Sequence record: JAKSYS010000061.1
Length of the DNA stretch: 32,000 nt
Reading direction: 5' to 3' (one strand)
Position 1 is the stretch's first letter, and each line of letters opens with the position of its first letter. The position numbers were made by a program, and so were the translations under genes. This document shows, one piece after another, positions 7,832 to 22,268 of the stretch. Below the pieces are notes generated by a model. That model was not told the origin of the DNA. It worked only from the letters and a program-made list of their open reading frames with translations, and did not search any database.

Positions 7832-10034
7832 TTATGCAAATTTACCCGATGTAGAAGCAATTACAAAAGCAGCATATGTTAAAATATATCCAACAGCAAA
7901 ATGTACTAAACCTACAAGCCTTGCTTGTACGATAGATAGTGCTACAGGTTTATCTCTCCAACGTACTAAGTTAGCTAACGGTGTACGTTCATGTGCCCAA
8001 ACTAATGTTTCAATTAGCTCTTGCCAATAACCACGCCATGAAATTAAGAACATAAAGCCTGTAGCCCAAATTAAGTGACCAAATAAGAACATCCATGCCC
8101 ATACAGATAAATTATTCATACCAAACGGATTATAACCGTTAATTAATGGCGAAGAATTTAACCATAAATAGTCACGTAACCAGCCCATAATATAATTTGA
8201 AGATTCATCAAATTGACCTGGGTTACCACCCCAAATTGTCATATGTTTCCAATGCCAGTAGAATGTTGTCCAACCAATTGTGTTTAACATCCAGAACATT
8301 GCTAAATAGAAAGCATCCCATGCAGAAATATCACAAGTACCACCACGACCCGGACCGTCACAAGGGAAACTATAACCAAAATCTTTTTTATCTGGCATTA
8401 GTTTTGAACCACGAGCATCTAAAGCACCTTTTACTAAAATTAAAGTAGTTACATGTAAACCTAAAGCAATAGCATGGTGAACTAAGAAATCACCAGGACC
8501 GATCTTTAAGAATAAATCATTATTACCACTATTAATAGCTTCTAACCAACCTGGTAACCATAATTGATTACCAGCAACAGTTGCTGGACTAGTAGATGAT
8601 GCTAATAAAACATTCATTTGATATACGGCTTTACCAGATGCAGCTTGAATATATTCTGCAAACAAAGGCTCAAATAATATTTGTTTTTCTGGTTGACCAA
8701 ATGCTACTACAGTATCATTATGGATATATAAACCTAAAGTATGGAAACCTAAGAATAAAGACGCCCAACTTAAGTGAGAAATAATAGCTTCTTTATGTTC
8801 TAACATTCTTGCTAAAACATTTCCTTTATTTAATTCAGGATCGTAATCGCGAACAAAGAAGATTGCTCCATGAGCAAAAGCACCAACCATTAAGAATCCA
8901 GCAATATATTGATGATGAGTATATAAAGCTGCTTCTGTTGTAAAATCTTTTGATAAAAATGCGTAAGGGTTTAATGCATACATGTGTTGTGCAGTTAAAG
9001 ATGTTGCTACACCTAAACATGCTAATGCTAAACCTAATTGCATATGTAAAGAGTTCGTAATTGTTTCAAATAAACCAACATGACCTTTACCTAATTCACC
9101 ACCTGGGGGGACGGTGAGCATCTAAAATTTCTTTCATATTATGGCCGATACCGAAGTTTGTTCGGTACATATGACCTGCAACAATAAATACAACGGCAAT
9201 AGCTAATTGATGATGTGCGATATCACTTAACCATAAAGCTTTAGATTGAGGGTGGAAACCACCTAAAAAAGTTAAAATTGCAGTACCTGCACCTTCACTT
9301 GTACCATATACGTGATCTACTGAATCTGGATTTTCTGCATAAGCTGTCCAATTCCCTGTATAAAATGGTGTTAATCCAGCAGGATGCGGCGGAGTTGTTA
9401 AGAAATTATCCCATCCGATATGAACACCACGTGAAGCTGGTAACGCAACGTGAACAAGGTGACCTGTCCATGCTAACGAACTTACACCTAATAAACCAGA
9501 TAAATGGTGATTTAAACGTGATTCATTATTTTTAAACCATGATAAACTTGGTCTAAATTTTGGTTGTAAATGTAACCAACCTGCGAATAATAAAGCACTC
9601 GCTAATAGTAATAAACCAATTGAACCTTGGTATAATTCCTGGTTTGTTCTGAATCCAATAGTATACCACCATTGGTATACACCAGAATATGCAATATTGA
9701 CAGGATAAGTGTTACCTTTACTAAAAGCTTTTAATGCAGATTCACCAAAATGTGGATCCCAAATTGCATGTGCAATTGGTTTTGTTTTTAATGGATTACT
9801 AACCCATTTTTCAAAATTTCCTTGCCAAGCAACATGGAATAAGTTTCCTGCTGTCCATAAGAAAATTACAGCTAAATGACCAAAGTGTGAAGCAAAAATC
9901 TTTTGGTATAGATTTTCTTCAGTCATTCCATCATGTGCTTCTAAATCATGTGCAGTTGCAATACCGTACCAAATACGTCTTGTTGCAGGATCTTGTGCAA
10001 GGGCTTGGCTAAACTTGGGAAATTTAGTTGCCAT
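7832..10034 (-). CDS. psaB: Photosystem I P700 apoprotein A2 PsaB. As given, it is split by a single-base frame disruption in a G6 run (9105-9110).
   Basis: ORF 9096-10055 gives [30 protein letters not shown]...[16 protein letters not shown] 7832-9121 continues ..[21 protein letters not shown]... through to the C-terminus, including the Fx-cluster motif [13 protein letters not shown]. Removing one G restores [12 protein letters not shown] and a 733 aa protein. The start is taken at MATKF (10034). Confidence 0.9.
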
Positions 10035-10122
10035 AATTATTCGATGCCTTTTCATATAAATATTGATTTGAAATAATCGACAAAAATTATCTTTGACTCG
10101 TATTTTTAAAAAAATTTAAATA

Positions 10123-12381
10123 TTAACTTATTGAAATAGCACGTGCTAAGAAGAATGACCAAGTTGTTCCTATACCACCTAATAAATAATGTGCTAAACC
10201 AACAGCACGACCTTGTGTAATACTTAAAGCACGTGGTTGAATTGTTGGTGCGAAGTTTAATTTATTATGTGCCCAAACAATTGATTCAATTAATTCTTGC
10301 CAGTAACCACGACCACTAAATAAGAACATTAAACTGAATGCCCAAATAAAGTGAGCACCTAAGAAAATTAAACCATAAGCTGATGAAGCCGAACCGTATG
10401 ATTGAATAACTTGTGATGCTTGTGACCATAAGAAATCACGTAACCATCCATTAATTGTAATTGAACTTTGTGCGAAGTTTCCACCTGTAATATGTGAAAT
10501 ACTACCATCAGGAGTAACAGTTCCCCATACGTCAGATTGCATTTTCCAACTGAAGTGGAAGATTACTACCGAAATAGAGTTATACATCCAGAATAAACCT
10601 AAAAATACATGATCCCAACTTGAACTTTGACAAGTACCACCACGACCCGGACCATCACAAGGGAAACGGAAACCTAAAGTTGCTTTATCTGGAATTAATT
10701 TAGAACTACGAGCGTATAAAACACCTTTTAGTAAAATTAAAACAGTTACGTGAATTGTAAAAGCATGAATATGGTGAACCATAAAATCTGCAGTACCTAA
10801 TTTAATTGGCATCATGGCAATTTTACCACCTACTTCAACAACTTCTCCACCGAAAGCATAACTTGTTGTTGCTAAAGCATTTGGTGCTGTTGTACCTGGT
10901 GCTAATAAATGGATATTTTGAATCCATTGTGCAAAAATTGGTTGTAATTGAATTGCTTTATCTGAGAACATATCCTGTGGACGACCTAATGCACGCATAG
11001 TATCATTGTGAACATAGAAACTAAACGCATGTGTACCTAAGAAAATACAAACCCAGTTTAAATGTGAAATAATTGAATCACGATGACGTAAAACACGGTC
11101 TAACAAATTATTGTAATTATTTGCTGGTGTGTAATCACGGACCATAAAAATTGCAGCATGAGCTGCCCCACCTACAACACAGAAACCACCAATCCACATA
11201 TGATGAGTAAATAGTGATAATTGTGTAGCATAGTCTGTTGCTAGATAAGGATAAGGTGGCATTGCATACATGTGGTGTGCTACAATAATACTTAATGAAC
11301 CCATCATAGCTAAGTTAATTGCTAATTGTGCATGCCATGATGTTGTTAAAATTTCATATAAACCTTTATGACCTTCACCTGTGAATGGGCCTTTATGTGC
11401 TTCTAAAATTTCTTTCATGCTATGACCAATACCAAAATTTGTACGGTACATATGACCTGCAACGATAAATAATACAGATAATGCTAAATGGTGATGTGCT
11501 ATATCACTTAACCATAAACCACCAGTAATTGGATTTAAACCACCTTTAAATGTTAAGAAGTCAGAATATTCACCCCAGTGACCACTGAAAAATGGTGTTA
11601 ACCCTTTTGAAAAACTTGGGTATAACTGACTCATTAATTCACGGTTAATTAAAAACTCATGAGGTAATGGAATTTCTTGTGGAGCCACACCAGCATCTAA
11701 TAATTTATTGATTGGCAATGCTACATGAATTTGGTGACCCGACCATGATAAACAACCTAAACCTAATAAACCTGCTAAATGATGGTTCATCATTGATTCA
11801 GCGTTTTGGAACCATTCTAATTTTGGAGCTGCTTTATGATAGTGGAACCAACCAGCAAATAACATAATTGCTGACATTGCTAAACCACCAATTGCGATCC
11901 AATATAATTCTACTTCACTAGTAATTCCTTCTGCACGCCACATTTGGAACCAACCAGAAGTTGTTTGAACACCCTGGAAATTTCCACCAAGATCACCATT
12001 TAAAATTTCTTGACCAACAATTGGCCAAACAACTTGTGAACTTTGTTTAATGTTAATTGGGTCTGTTAACCAAGCAGAGTAGTTTGAGAAGTAAGCACCA
12101 TGAAAATGCATACCACTGATCCATAAGAAGATCACAGCAAGTTGACCAAAATGAGCACTGAAAACTTTACGTGATACTTCTTCTAACGAACTTGTTTGAC
12201 TATCAAAATCGTGAGCATCTGCATGTAGACTCCAAATCCAAGTTGTTGTTTTTGGACCTTTCGCTAAAGTTCTTGAAAAATGACCTGGTTGTGCCCATTT
12301 TTCAAAACTTGTTTCTACAGCGTTCTTTTCAACAAAAACTTGCACGTTCTTTGTGCGGTTATCAGTTGAGCTTATTGCCAT
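10123..12381 (-). CDS. psaA: Photosystem I P700 apoprotein A1 PsaA, 752 aa
   Basis: The intact ORF contains [35 protein letters not shown] and [13 protein letters not shown]. Confidence 0.97.
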   Translation of the reverse strand: MAISSTDNRTKNVQVFVEKNAVETSFEKWAQPGHFSRTLAKGPKTTTWIWSLHADAHDFDSQTSSLEEVSRKVFSAHFGQLAVIFLWISGMHFHGAYFSNYSAWLTDPINIKQSSQVVWPIVGQEILNGDLGGNFQGVQTTSGWFQMWRAEGITSEVELYWIAIGGLAMSAIMLFAGWFHYHKAAPKLEWFQNAESMMNHHLAGLLGLGCLSWSGHQIHVALPINKLLDAGVAPQEIPLPHEFLINRELMSQLYPSFSKGLTPFFSGHWGEYSDFLTFKGGLNPITGGLWLSDIAHHHLALSVLFIVAGHMYRTNFGIGHSMKEILEAHKGPFTGEGHKGLYEILTTSWHAQLAINLAMMGSLSIIVAHHMYAMPPYPYLATDYATQLSLFTHHMWIGGFCVVGGAAHAAIFMVRDYTPANNYNNLLDRVLRHRDSIISHLNWVCIFLGTHAFSFYVHNDTMRALGRPQDMFSDKAIQLQPIFAQWIQNIHLLAPGTTAPNALATTSYAFGGEVVEVGGKIAMMPIKLGTADFMVHHIHAFTIHVTVLILLKGVLYARSSKLIPDKATLGFRFPCDGPGRGGTCQSSSWDHVFLGLFWMYNSISVVIFHFSWKMQSDVWGTVTPDGSISHITGGNFAQSSITINGWLRDFLWSQASQVIQSYGSASSAYGLIFLGAHFIWAFSLMFLFSGRGYWQELIESIVWAHNKLNFAPTIQPRALSITQGRAVGLAHYLLGGIGTTWSFFLARAISIS

Positions 12382-12388
12382 TAACGTT

Positions 12389-12395
12389 TCTCCTT
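12389..12395 (-). promoter_or_regulatory. Shine-Dalgarno-like AAGGAGA upstream of psaA
   Basis: Plus-strand tctcctt at 12389-12395 lies 7-8 nt before the ATG at 12381. Similar GGAG-type motifs precede psbF, psbJ, psbE and rps13. Confidence 0.5.
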
Positions 12396-12834
12396 TTCAG
12401 GAGATGATAATTTAAGAAACTCTCATTATTTTCAAAAATTAGTTATTAATTATCTATTTAAATATGAGTTTTCATTATAGTATTATACATTAAATTATTA
12501 TCGAAATAGAAAAAATTTAAAAATAGTAAAAATGGATTAGGGTAATTGTAAGAATTACTATTTCCTAATAATTGAAGTCATGGTCTGCCGATTTAGTTAT
12601 CTTATGTTTACTAAATTGAAACTATTCCAATATTTAAATGTTAAAAATTTTTCTTATTTTTTAAAGTTTAGTTAGCAACTCTTTTCTACTTTTTATTATC
12701 TAAATTTTATTGTGTGGTATTAAAATGTTGGAACTAAATTTTTAGTCGTTAATTAAATTTAGATAAAATACAAACTTGTCTTCTAACTCAAATTATGTTA
12801 ACTTTAGGTGTAATCTTTAAATAACTTTTGCATT

Positions 12835-12908
12835 CGGGATATAGCTCAGCTTGGTAGAGCACCTGCTTTGGGAGCAGGGGGTCGTAGGTTCAAATCCTAC
12901 TATCCCGA
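12835..12908 (+). tRNA. trnP: tRNA-Pro (UGG)
   Basis: cgggatatagctcagcttggtagagcacctgctttGGgagcaggg...ggttcaaatcctactatcccga, with anticodon loop ttTGGga. Confidence 0.9.
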
Positions 12909-13009
12909 TTAATGAACCTACTTGATAGAGATTGACAGACTTGACGTATAATTTTCTCTACAATATAATGATTTTTGTACCTTTATAAATCTAATTTAAA
13001 GAAATTCTT

Positions 13010-14064
13010 ATGACAATTCGCGAACGGTTGTTAGAATTACGAGAGGAATTTTTTTAATTTTGTTGGCTTCAGTTTTCAAAAATTAGCTGGTATTTTTGGA
13101 TTTCCTGACAATCCAGGTATGCTATTAACTCCTTTAAAGCGATATTATTGGAATCCAAAATCATTGGCTGAAAATTTACCTATTCGTACAGTACGTTTTC
13201 CACCAGATACGCATCCTCAGAATTATATTGAAATTTTAATAGGTGATTCTCCAAAGCCTTCACCTATTCCTAGAATATTCTATGAAAGTAATACAGATGG
13301 ATTTTATAGTTTTTATATGGAGAACTATAAAAATATTATTTTTTTACCAAATTGGGTTTCGGAATTTCTTCAAGTCCAATGTCATTTTTGTTTAGATATT
13401 TCATTTTTGGAGGTTTGCCGGGAAGTAGTTTTTGCTATTTTGGTTACCTATTATTATATGATTTCATTTCGGATTTTTATTGCATGGCTAATTAGTATAA
13501 ACCCTTATACTTTTCCTATAGCATATTTCATTGCTTTTGTTGATTGGATTGAAGAATATGCAATTGGACTTATGCCTGTAGTAGGTGGAATAGGACTAGC
13601 AACTCCATTGTTATTAACTCTTATAGGAAAAGCTGCAGATTCTTTAAATCATTTAGTATTTACAATGCCTTTTTTTACCTAGTGAAGGTGTTCCAGGAAA
13701 AGCTATAGTTAACGGAGATATTAAAGATGTATTAATCTTTAAATATTTACCAATTTTGTGGTATAAATACCCAATCCCCAATGAAATAAGAGAGTTTTGG
13801 TACAATGATAGGCCAGACATTTTAAAATACATGCAAGAAGCCTATAAGAATGTTGATATTCAATTCTTACCTGACCGAATTATTAATCAATCAGATTTAT
13901 TAAAAACTTCTTTAAAACAAATTTCTTTAAATTTAATACCTCTTGAACAGGCAAGTTCAAATTTAATAATAAGTAGTAATTTTTCTAGTGTTGAAGAAAT
14001 TGGTCACACTGTTACACATGAATTTGAAAGTTATTTTTCTTTTCTTTCAGATTTAATTTTATAA
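13010..14064 (+). CDS. ycf89-like conserved plastid ORF upstream of the rRNA operon. It reads through three frames joined at two T7 runs and would be about 350 aa if each run is shortened by 1 nt.
   Basis: Segment 13010-13055 gives MTIRERLLELREEFF. Segment 13056-13676 is in the frame of ORF 13119-13682. Segment 13678-14064 is in the frame of ORF 13756-14064, which is already open from 13657. The junctions are at T runs 13049-13055 and 13670-13676. The position between trnP and rrs matches diatom ycf89. An internal YggT-like motif is present (RIFIAWLISINPY...MPVVGGIGLATPLLL). The first junction is less certain than the second. Confidence 0.6.
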
Positions 14065-14068
14065 CTTT

Positions 14069-14123
14069 TATATTTATTCTATATTGATGTTTTAATTTAC
14101 TATATGAGTATAGAATAAATATA
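14069..14123. repeat. 15 bp perfect inverted repeat with a 25 nt loop, between the ycf89-like ORF and 16S rRNA
   Basis: tatatttattctata (14069-14083) is the reverse complement of tatagaataaatata (14109-14123). Confidence 0.4.
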
Positions 14124-14269
14124 GAACTGATAAAATTAATATTTTAAATATACTAAAGTTATATTAATTTTTTTTTATCTATCTTAAATTTTTAGATAAG
14201 CCTCGGTATCTTTATTTGCAGCCTTATGGACAAAATTTAAAAAAAACAAACAAAAAATTCAAGGACATT

Positions 14270-15749
<1,480 letters not shown>

Positions 15750-15800
15750 AAATTTTTATAAAAAATTAAAAGTCGAGTTTAAAAATATTCCATAAAAAAC

Positions 15801-15874
<74 letters not shown>

Positions 15875-15876
15875 AC

Positions 15877-15949
15877 GGGGGTATAGCTCAGCTGGTAGAG
15901 CATCGCCTTTGCACGGCGGTTGTCAGCGGTTCGAATCCGCTTACCTCCA
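15877..15949 (+). tRNA. trnA: tRNA-Ala (UGC), intron-less, 2 nt after trnI
   Basis: gggggtatagctcagctggtagagcatcgccttTGCacggcgg...ggttcgaatccgcttacctcca. The G3:U70 Ala identity pair is present. Confidence 0.92.
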
Positions 15950-16011
15950 AAAAATTAGTAATATAAACTAAAATTCAAGCTAGATATTTTAATATCTTAG
16001 TTGTTTTAAAT

Positions 16012-18886
<2,875 letters not shown>

Positions 18887-18893
18887 TTTAATC

Positions 18894-18945
18894 AAACCAA
18901 TCGATTCTAAAGTATTGAATTTAATACTTTAGAATCGATTGGTTT
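18894..18945. repeat. 23 bp perfect hairpin in the 23S-5S spacer
   Basis: aaaccaatcgattctaaagtatt (18894-18916) is the reverse complement of aatactttagaatcgattggttt (18923-18945). The loop is gaattt. Confidence 0.6.
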
Positions 18946-18969
18946 TTATCTACTCTATCGTAGATTTTT

Positions 18970-19093
18970 GCTTTGGTGTTTTTAGTGTATTGGCGGAACC
19001 ACACTGATCCATTTCGAACTCAGTTGTGAAACGTTATAAATCGGCGAAAATACTTGGAGAGACATCTCCCGGAAAAATAGCTCAATGCCAAAG
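18970..19093 (+). rRNA. rrf: 5S ribosomal RNA. Ends are approximate.
   Basis: The terminal helix pairs gctttgg with ccaaag. The conserved core is gaaccacactgatccatttcgaactcagttgtgaaac, and cccggaaaaatagctcaatgcc lies at the 3' side. Confidence 0.85.
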
Positions 19094-19241
19094 TTTTTAG
19101 ACATAATTGAAAAAATTTCTATCTTGATATTTCTTATAAATATTTAAAATTTTGTATATAATGTAAATGTACAATAATATAACTGCATATTAATATTATT
19201 TTCTGTATTTAATTTAACTATTTTTATAAGGATTATAACAT

Positions 19242-19358
19242 ATGGATACTCGTTTATTAGTAATTGGTGCTCCAATTTTCGTAGCTGCATCATGGGCTTT
19301 ATTCAATATTGGTCGTTTAGCTATTCAACAAGTTCAAAGATTATCACGCCAACGTTAA
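19242..19358 (+). CDS. psbY: Photosystem II protein PsbY, 38 aa
   Basis: Hand translation gives [38 protein letters not shown]. Its position after rrf matches diatoms. Confidence 0.8.
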   Translation: MDTRLLVIGAPIFVAASWALFNIGRLAIQQVQRLSRQR

Positions 19359-19429
19359 TATATTAGCCGAAAATATTTTCAGTTATGATTGACTTTTAAA
19401 AATTACTATTAATAAATTAAAAATTATAA

Positions 19430-19687
<258 letters not shown>

Positions 19688-19704
19688 CTAAAAAAAATTT
19701 AAAT

Positions 19705-19743
19705 AAAAATAAAGGAATAATAAATTACAATTCCTTTATTTTT
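19705..19743. terminator. 14 bp stem hairpin between convergent psaC and ccsA
   Basis: aaaaataaaggaat (19705-19718) is the reverse complement of attcctttattttt (19730-19743). The loop is 11 nt. Confidence 0.5.
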
Positions 19744-20681
19744 TATGAAACCCATCCATAACTATGTAAACCTTTACCTAAGAAATTTACACCTAAATAA
19801 CAAATCCAAATAACGAAAAACCCCAAACCTCCTAAGATAGCAGTTCTTTTTCCTTCCCAACCTTTTGTTATTCTTGCATGTAGATAAACAGCAAAAACAA
19901 TCCATGTAATAAGAGCCCAAGTCTCTTTTGGATCCCAACTCCAATACGATCCCCAAGCTTCATTTGCCCATACGCCACCAGCGATAATTCCTATCGTTAA
20001 AAAAGGAAATCCTAAACCTATAATTCTATAACTCCAATTGTCTAAACTTTGTAAAAGTTTCAATTTACCTAATTCAGAAACATTATTTTGTGGTGATACA
20101 AGTTTAGCTTCATAATAATCTAGCATAATATTATAAAGTGGTGTAGAGGTTTCATCCACTTGTTTTAAATCAACTTCTCTGTATTGCGAAATAACTAAAA
20201 ATAGAATGCATAGTAATGATCCCATAATTAATGTCCCATAACTTAATAACATCATACTAACATGCATCATTAACCAATTAGATTGTAAAGCAGGAACAAG
20301 TGGACTTGCTTTTTGCATTTCTGGAGAAAGTGTTAAATTACTAAACCCATTAATTAATAAAGCTACAGGGATTAAAATTGCTCCTATTAGTTTACTTTTT
20401 GTTTGTGATTCAATGTAAAGATATAGTGTTAATAATGTCCAAGTTAAAAATAACAAAGATTCATATAAATTACTTAATGGAAAATAACCTGCAACAATCC
20501 ATCTTGAACAAAGCACGAAAAACAATAAACCACTTGCAATTGTGGCCGATAATTTACCAAAATTTGATAAAAGATCACTTTTATTAAAAAATGATAAATT
20601 AACCCAATAAGAAATCATTGCAATTAATAATATAGCAAAAACCAGATTTGATGACGAATTTTGAATTTCATTCCAATCCAT
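19743..20681 (-). CDS. ccsA: Cytochrome c biogenesis protein CcsA (Ycf5), 312 aa
   Basis: Polytopic membrane protein with the Trp-rich heme-handling motif WANEAWGSYWSWDPKETWA. Confidence 0.92.
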   Translation of the reverse strand: MDWNEIQNSSSNLVFAILLIAMISYWVNLSFFNKSDLLSNFGKLSATIASGLLFFVLCSRWIVAGYFPLSNLYESLLFLTWTLLTLYLYIESQTKSKLIGAILIPVALLINGFSNLTLSPEMQKASPLVPALQSNWLMMHVSMMLLSYGTLIMGSLLCILFLVISQYREVDLKQVDETSTPLYNIMLDYYEAKLVSPQNNVSELGKLKLLQSLDNWSYRIIGLGFPFLTIGIIAGGVWANEAWGSYWSWDPKETWALITWIVFAVYLHARITKGWEGKRTAILGGLGFFVIWICYLGVNFLGKGLHSYGWVS

Positions 20682-20838
20682 TAAATTTCTCCAATAAGAT
20701 TTTTAAATAAGATGCTTTCTATTATATTATTTTACTAAAAAGATATCAAATTTATTTCTGCATTCTATTATTTTAAAGTGCAACAATTTATACCACTAAT
20801 AGAAAAAATTATATTCTCTATTTCACGATAATATAGAA

Positions 20839-20868
20839 TTGACATTCATAATTAATTCAAAGTATTAT
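20839..20868 (+). promoter_or_regulatory. Possible sigma70-type promoter upstream of rps6
   Basis: TTGACA at 20839-20844, an 18 nt spacer, and TATTAT at 20863-20868. This lies about 35 nt before the rps6 ATG. Confidence 0.3.
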
Positions 20869-20901
20869 ATTTGTTAATTATGAAAAAGATAAATTTTACT
20901 T

Positions 20902-21192
20902 ATGGAATTGTTAAGAAAATATGAAATAATGATATTGTTAACTGAAGAATTCAATGATAGTGAATTAAAAAGCTGGGTTTTTAATTATGCAAAAAATTTA
21001 AGAAAATTTAACGTTTGTGATATTTCGGTAATTTCACGCGGAAAACATAAATTAGCATACCCAATTGTTGATAAATCAAAAGGAAACTATATCCAATTAA
21101 ATTTTTCAAGTATGCCTAAATATATTGAAACATTTTTAGCTACTTTAAAATTAGATTCAAAAGTTTTACGTTTTCTAGTTGTAAACAAATAA
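20902..21192 (+). CDS. rps6: Ribosomal protein S6, 96 aa
   Basis: Size and pattern fit S6: MELLRKYEIMILL...GKHKLAYPI.K...GNYIQLNF...VLRFLVV. Confidence 0.8.
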   Translation: MELLRKYEIMILLTEEFNDSELKSWVFNYAKNLRKFNVCDISVISRGKHKLAYPIVDKSKGNYIQLNFSSMPKYIETFLATLKLDSKVLRFLVVNK

Positions 21193-21257
21193 AAACAAAA
21201 TAATTTTTAATTTGATAAAATTCTCACAATTTTATCAAATTAAAAATTATTTTGTTT
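21193..21257. terminator. 30 bp perfect stem / 5 nt loop hairpin immediately after rps6
   Basis: aaacaaaataatttttaatttgataaaatt (21193-21222) is the reverse complement of aattttatcaaattaaaaattattttgttt (21228-21257). The loop is ctcac. Confidence 0.6.
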
Positions 21258-21300
21258 GTCTTTTTAATTAATTTATAGTATTATTAGGGCATTACTGATA

Positions 21301-21372
21301 TCCTCAGTAGCTCAGTGGTAGAGCAATCGGCTGTTAACCGATTGGCCGTAGGTTCAAGTCCTACCTGGGGAG
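21301..21372 (+). tRNA. trnN: tRNA-Asn (GUU)
   Basis: tcctcagtagctcagtggtagagcaatcggctGTTaaccgatt...ggttcaagtcctacctggggag. Confidence 0.9.
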
Positions 21373-21394
21373 TTTTAAAATAGTAAAAAATATT

Positions 21395-22198
21395 ATGGAA
21401 AAACATGACAAATTAAAAATTGGGAATAAGCAATTCAATTCACGTTTGATGTTAGGTACAGGTAAATATCGTAGTGTTACAGATGTTGTAAATAGTATTG
21501 AAAGTAGTGAATCTGAAATAATTACAGTAGCTATAAGAAGATTACCCGCTAACTTGAAAAATGATCATACAACTTTTTTAGGAGCCTTAAATTGGGATAA
21601 GCTTTGGCTATTACCTAATACAGCAGGTTCTCAAACAGCAGAAGAAGCTATTCGAATGGCGTTTTTAGGACATGAGTTAGCTTGCCAATTAGGCCAATCA
21701 GATAATTTCTTTATAAAATTAGAAGTTATTTCTGATCCAAAATACTTATTACCTGATCCAATAGGAACATTAAAAGCTGCTGAGTTTTTAGTTAAAAATG
21801 GATTTACTGTATTACCGTATATCAATGCGGATCCAATGCTTGCACTACATTTAGAGGATTTAGGATGTGCTACCGTAATGCCGTTAGGTTCACCTATTGG
21901 GTCTGGTCAAGGATTAAATAATTTAGAAAATATTAAAATTATTATTGAAAATGCGAGTATACCTGTTATCATAGATGCAGGAATTGGAACTCCTAGTGAA
22001 GCTGCGCAATCTCTAGAATTAGGGGCGGATGGTGTACTTTTAAATACAGCTGTCGCACAATCTAAAAATCCAAGTCAGATGGCCGAAGCTATGAAATTAG
22101 CGGTTCGTGCAGGTCGTCTAGGTTATTTAGCGGGTACTATGGAAAAAAAATATTATGCAAATCCAAGTTCACCGACTGATCAAATTAGTCGAATTTAG
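21395..22198 (+). CDS. thiG: Thiazole synthase ThiG, 267 aa
   Basis: [19 protein letters not shown]..., [13 protein letters not shown] and [13 protein letters not shown] are characteristic ThiG segments. Confidence 0.92.
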   Translation: MEKHDKLKIGNKQFNSRLMLGTGKYRSVTDVVNSIESSESEIITVAIRRLPANLKNDHTTFLGALNWDKLWLLPNTAGSQTAEEAIRMAFLGHELACQLGQSDNFFIKLEVISDPKYLLPDPIGTLKAAEFLVKNGFTVLPYINADPMLALHLEDLGCATVMPLGSPIGSGQGLNNLENIKIIIENASIPVIIDAGIGTPSEAAQSLELGADGVLLNTAVAQSKNPSQMAEAMKLAVRAGRLGYLAGTMEKKYYANPSSPTDQISRI

Positions 22199-22232
22199 AA
22201 AATTCTAACTACTTCTTAGTAGTTAGAATTTT
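22199..22232. terminator. 15 bp stem / 4 nt loop hairpin between convergent thiG and clpC
   Basis: aaaattctaactact (22199-22213) is the reverse complement of agtagttagaatttt (22218-22232). Confidence 0.55.
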
Positions 22233-22268
22233 TTAAAATTTAATAATTTTTATAATATTTTTTAAAAA

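Noticed and set aside
9119-9121. psaB might be a genuinely split gene expressed as two polypeptides, with the second half starting at the ATG at 9119.
   Set aside because: That ATG lies inside the first half's coding sequence, with no ribosome-binding motif. The two halves overlap by exactly the residues duplicated by a 1-nt slip in a G6 run, and five other genes show the same kind of lesion. A homopolymer miscall is far more parsimonious. It is kept as a finding for verification.
8197-12407. Antisense or overlapping ORFs lie inside psaB and psaA (8197-8448, 8596-8784, 8835-9020, 9278-9535, 10806-11000, 12171-12407).
   Set aside because: They are embedded in strongly conserved coding sequence on the other strand or frame. 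Their composition is low-complexity, and they have no start context or conservation signal.
12722-12734. The 13-mer ttaaaatgttgga is shared between the psaA-trnP spacer and the rps10 terminator arm (26028-26040).
   Set aside because: Several 13-mer coincidences are expected by chance in 32 kb of AT-biased sequence. The flanks do not extend the match.
12932-12952. TTGACA (12932-12937), TTGACG (12941-12946) and TATAAT (12947-12952) might form a promoter for the ycf89-like ORF.
   Set aside because: The spacing between either -35-like hexamer and the TATAAT is 9 nt or 0 nt, far from the 16-18 nt needed. The TATAAT alone may still serve as a -10 element, but I cannot support a call.
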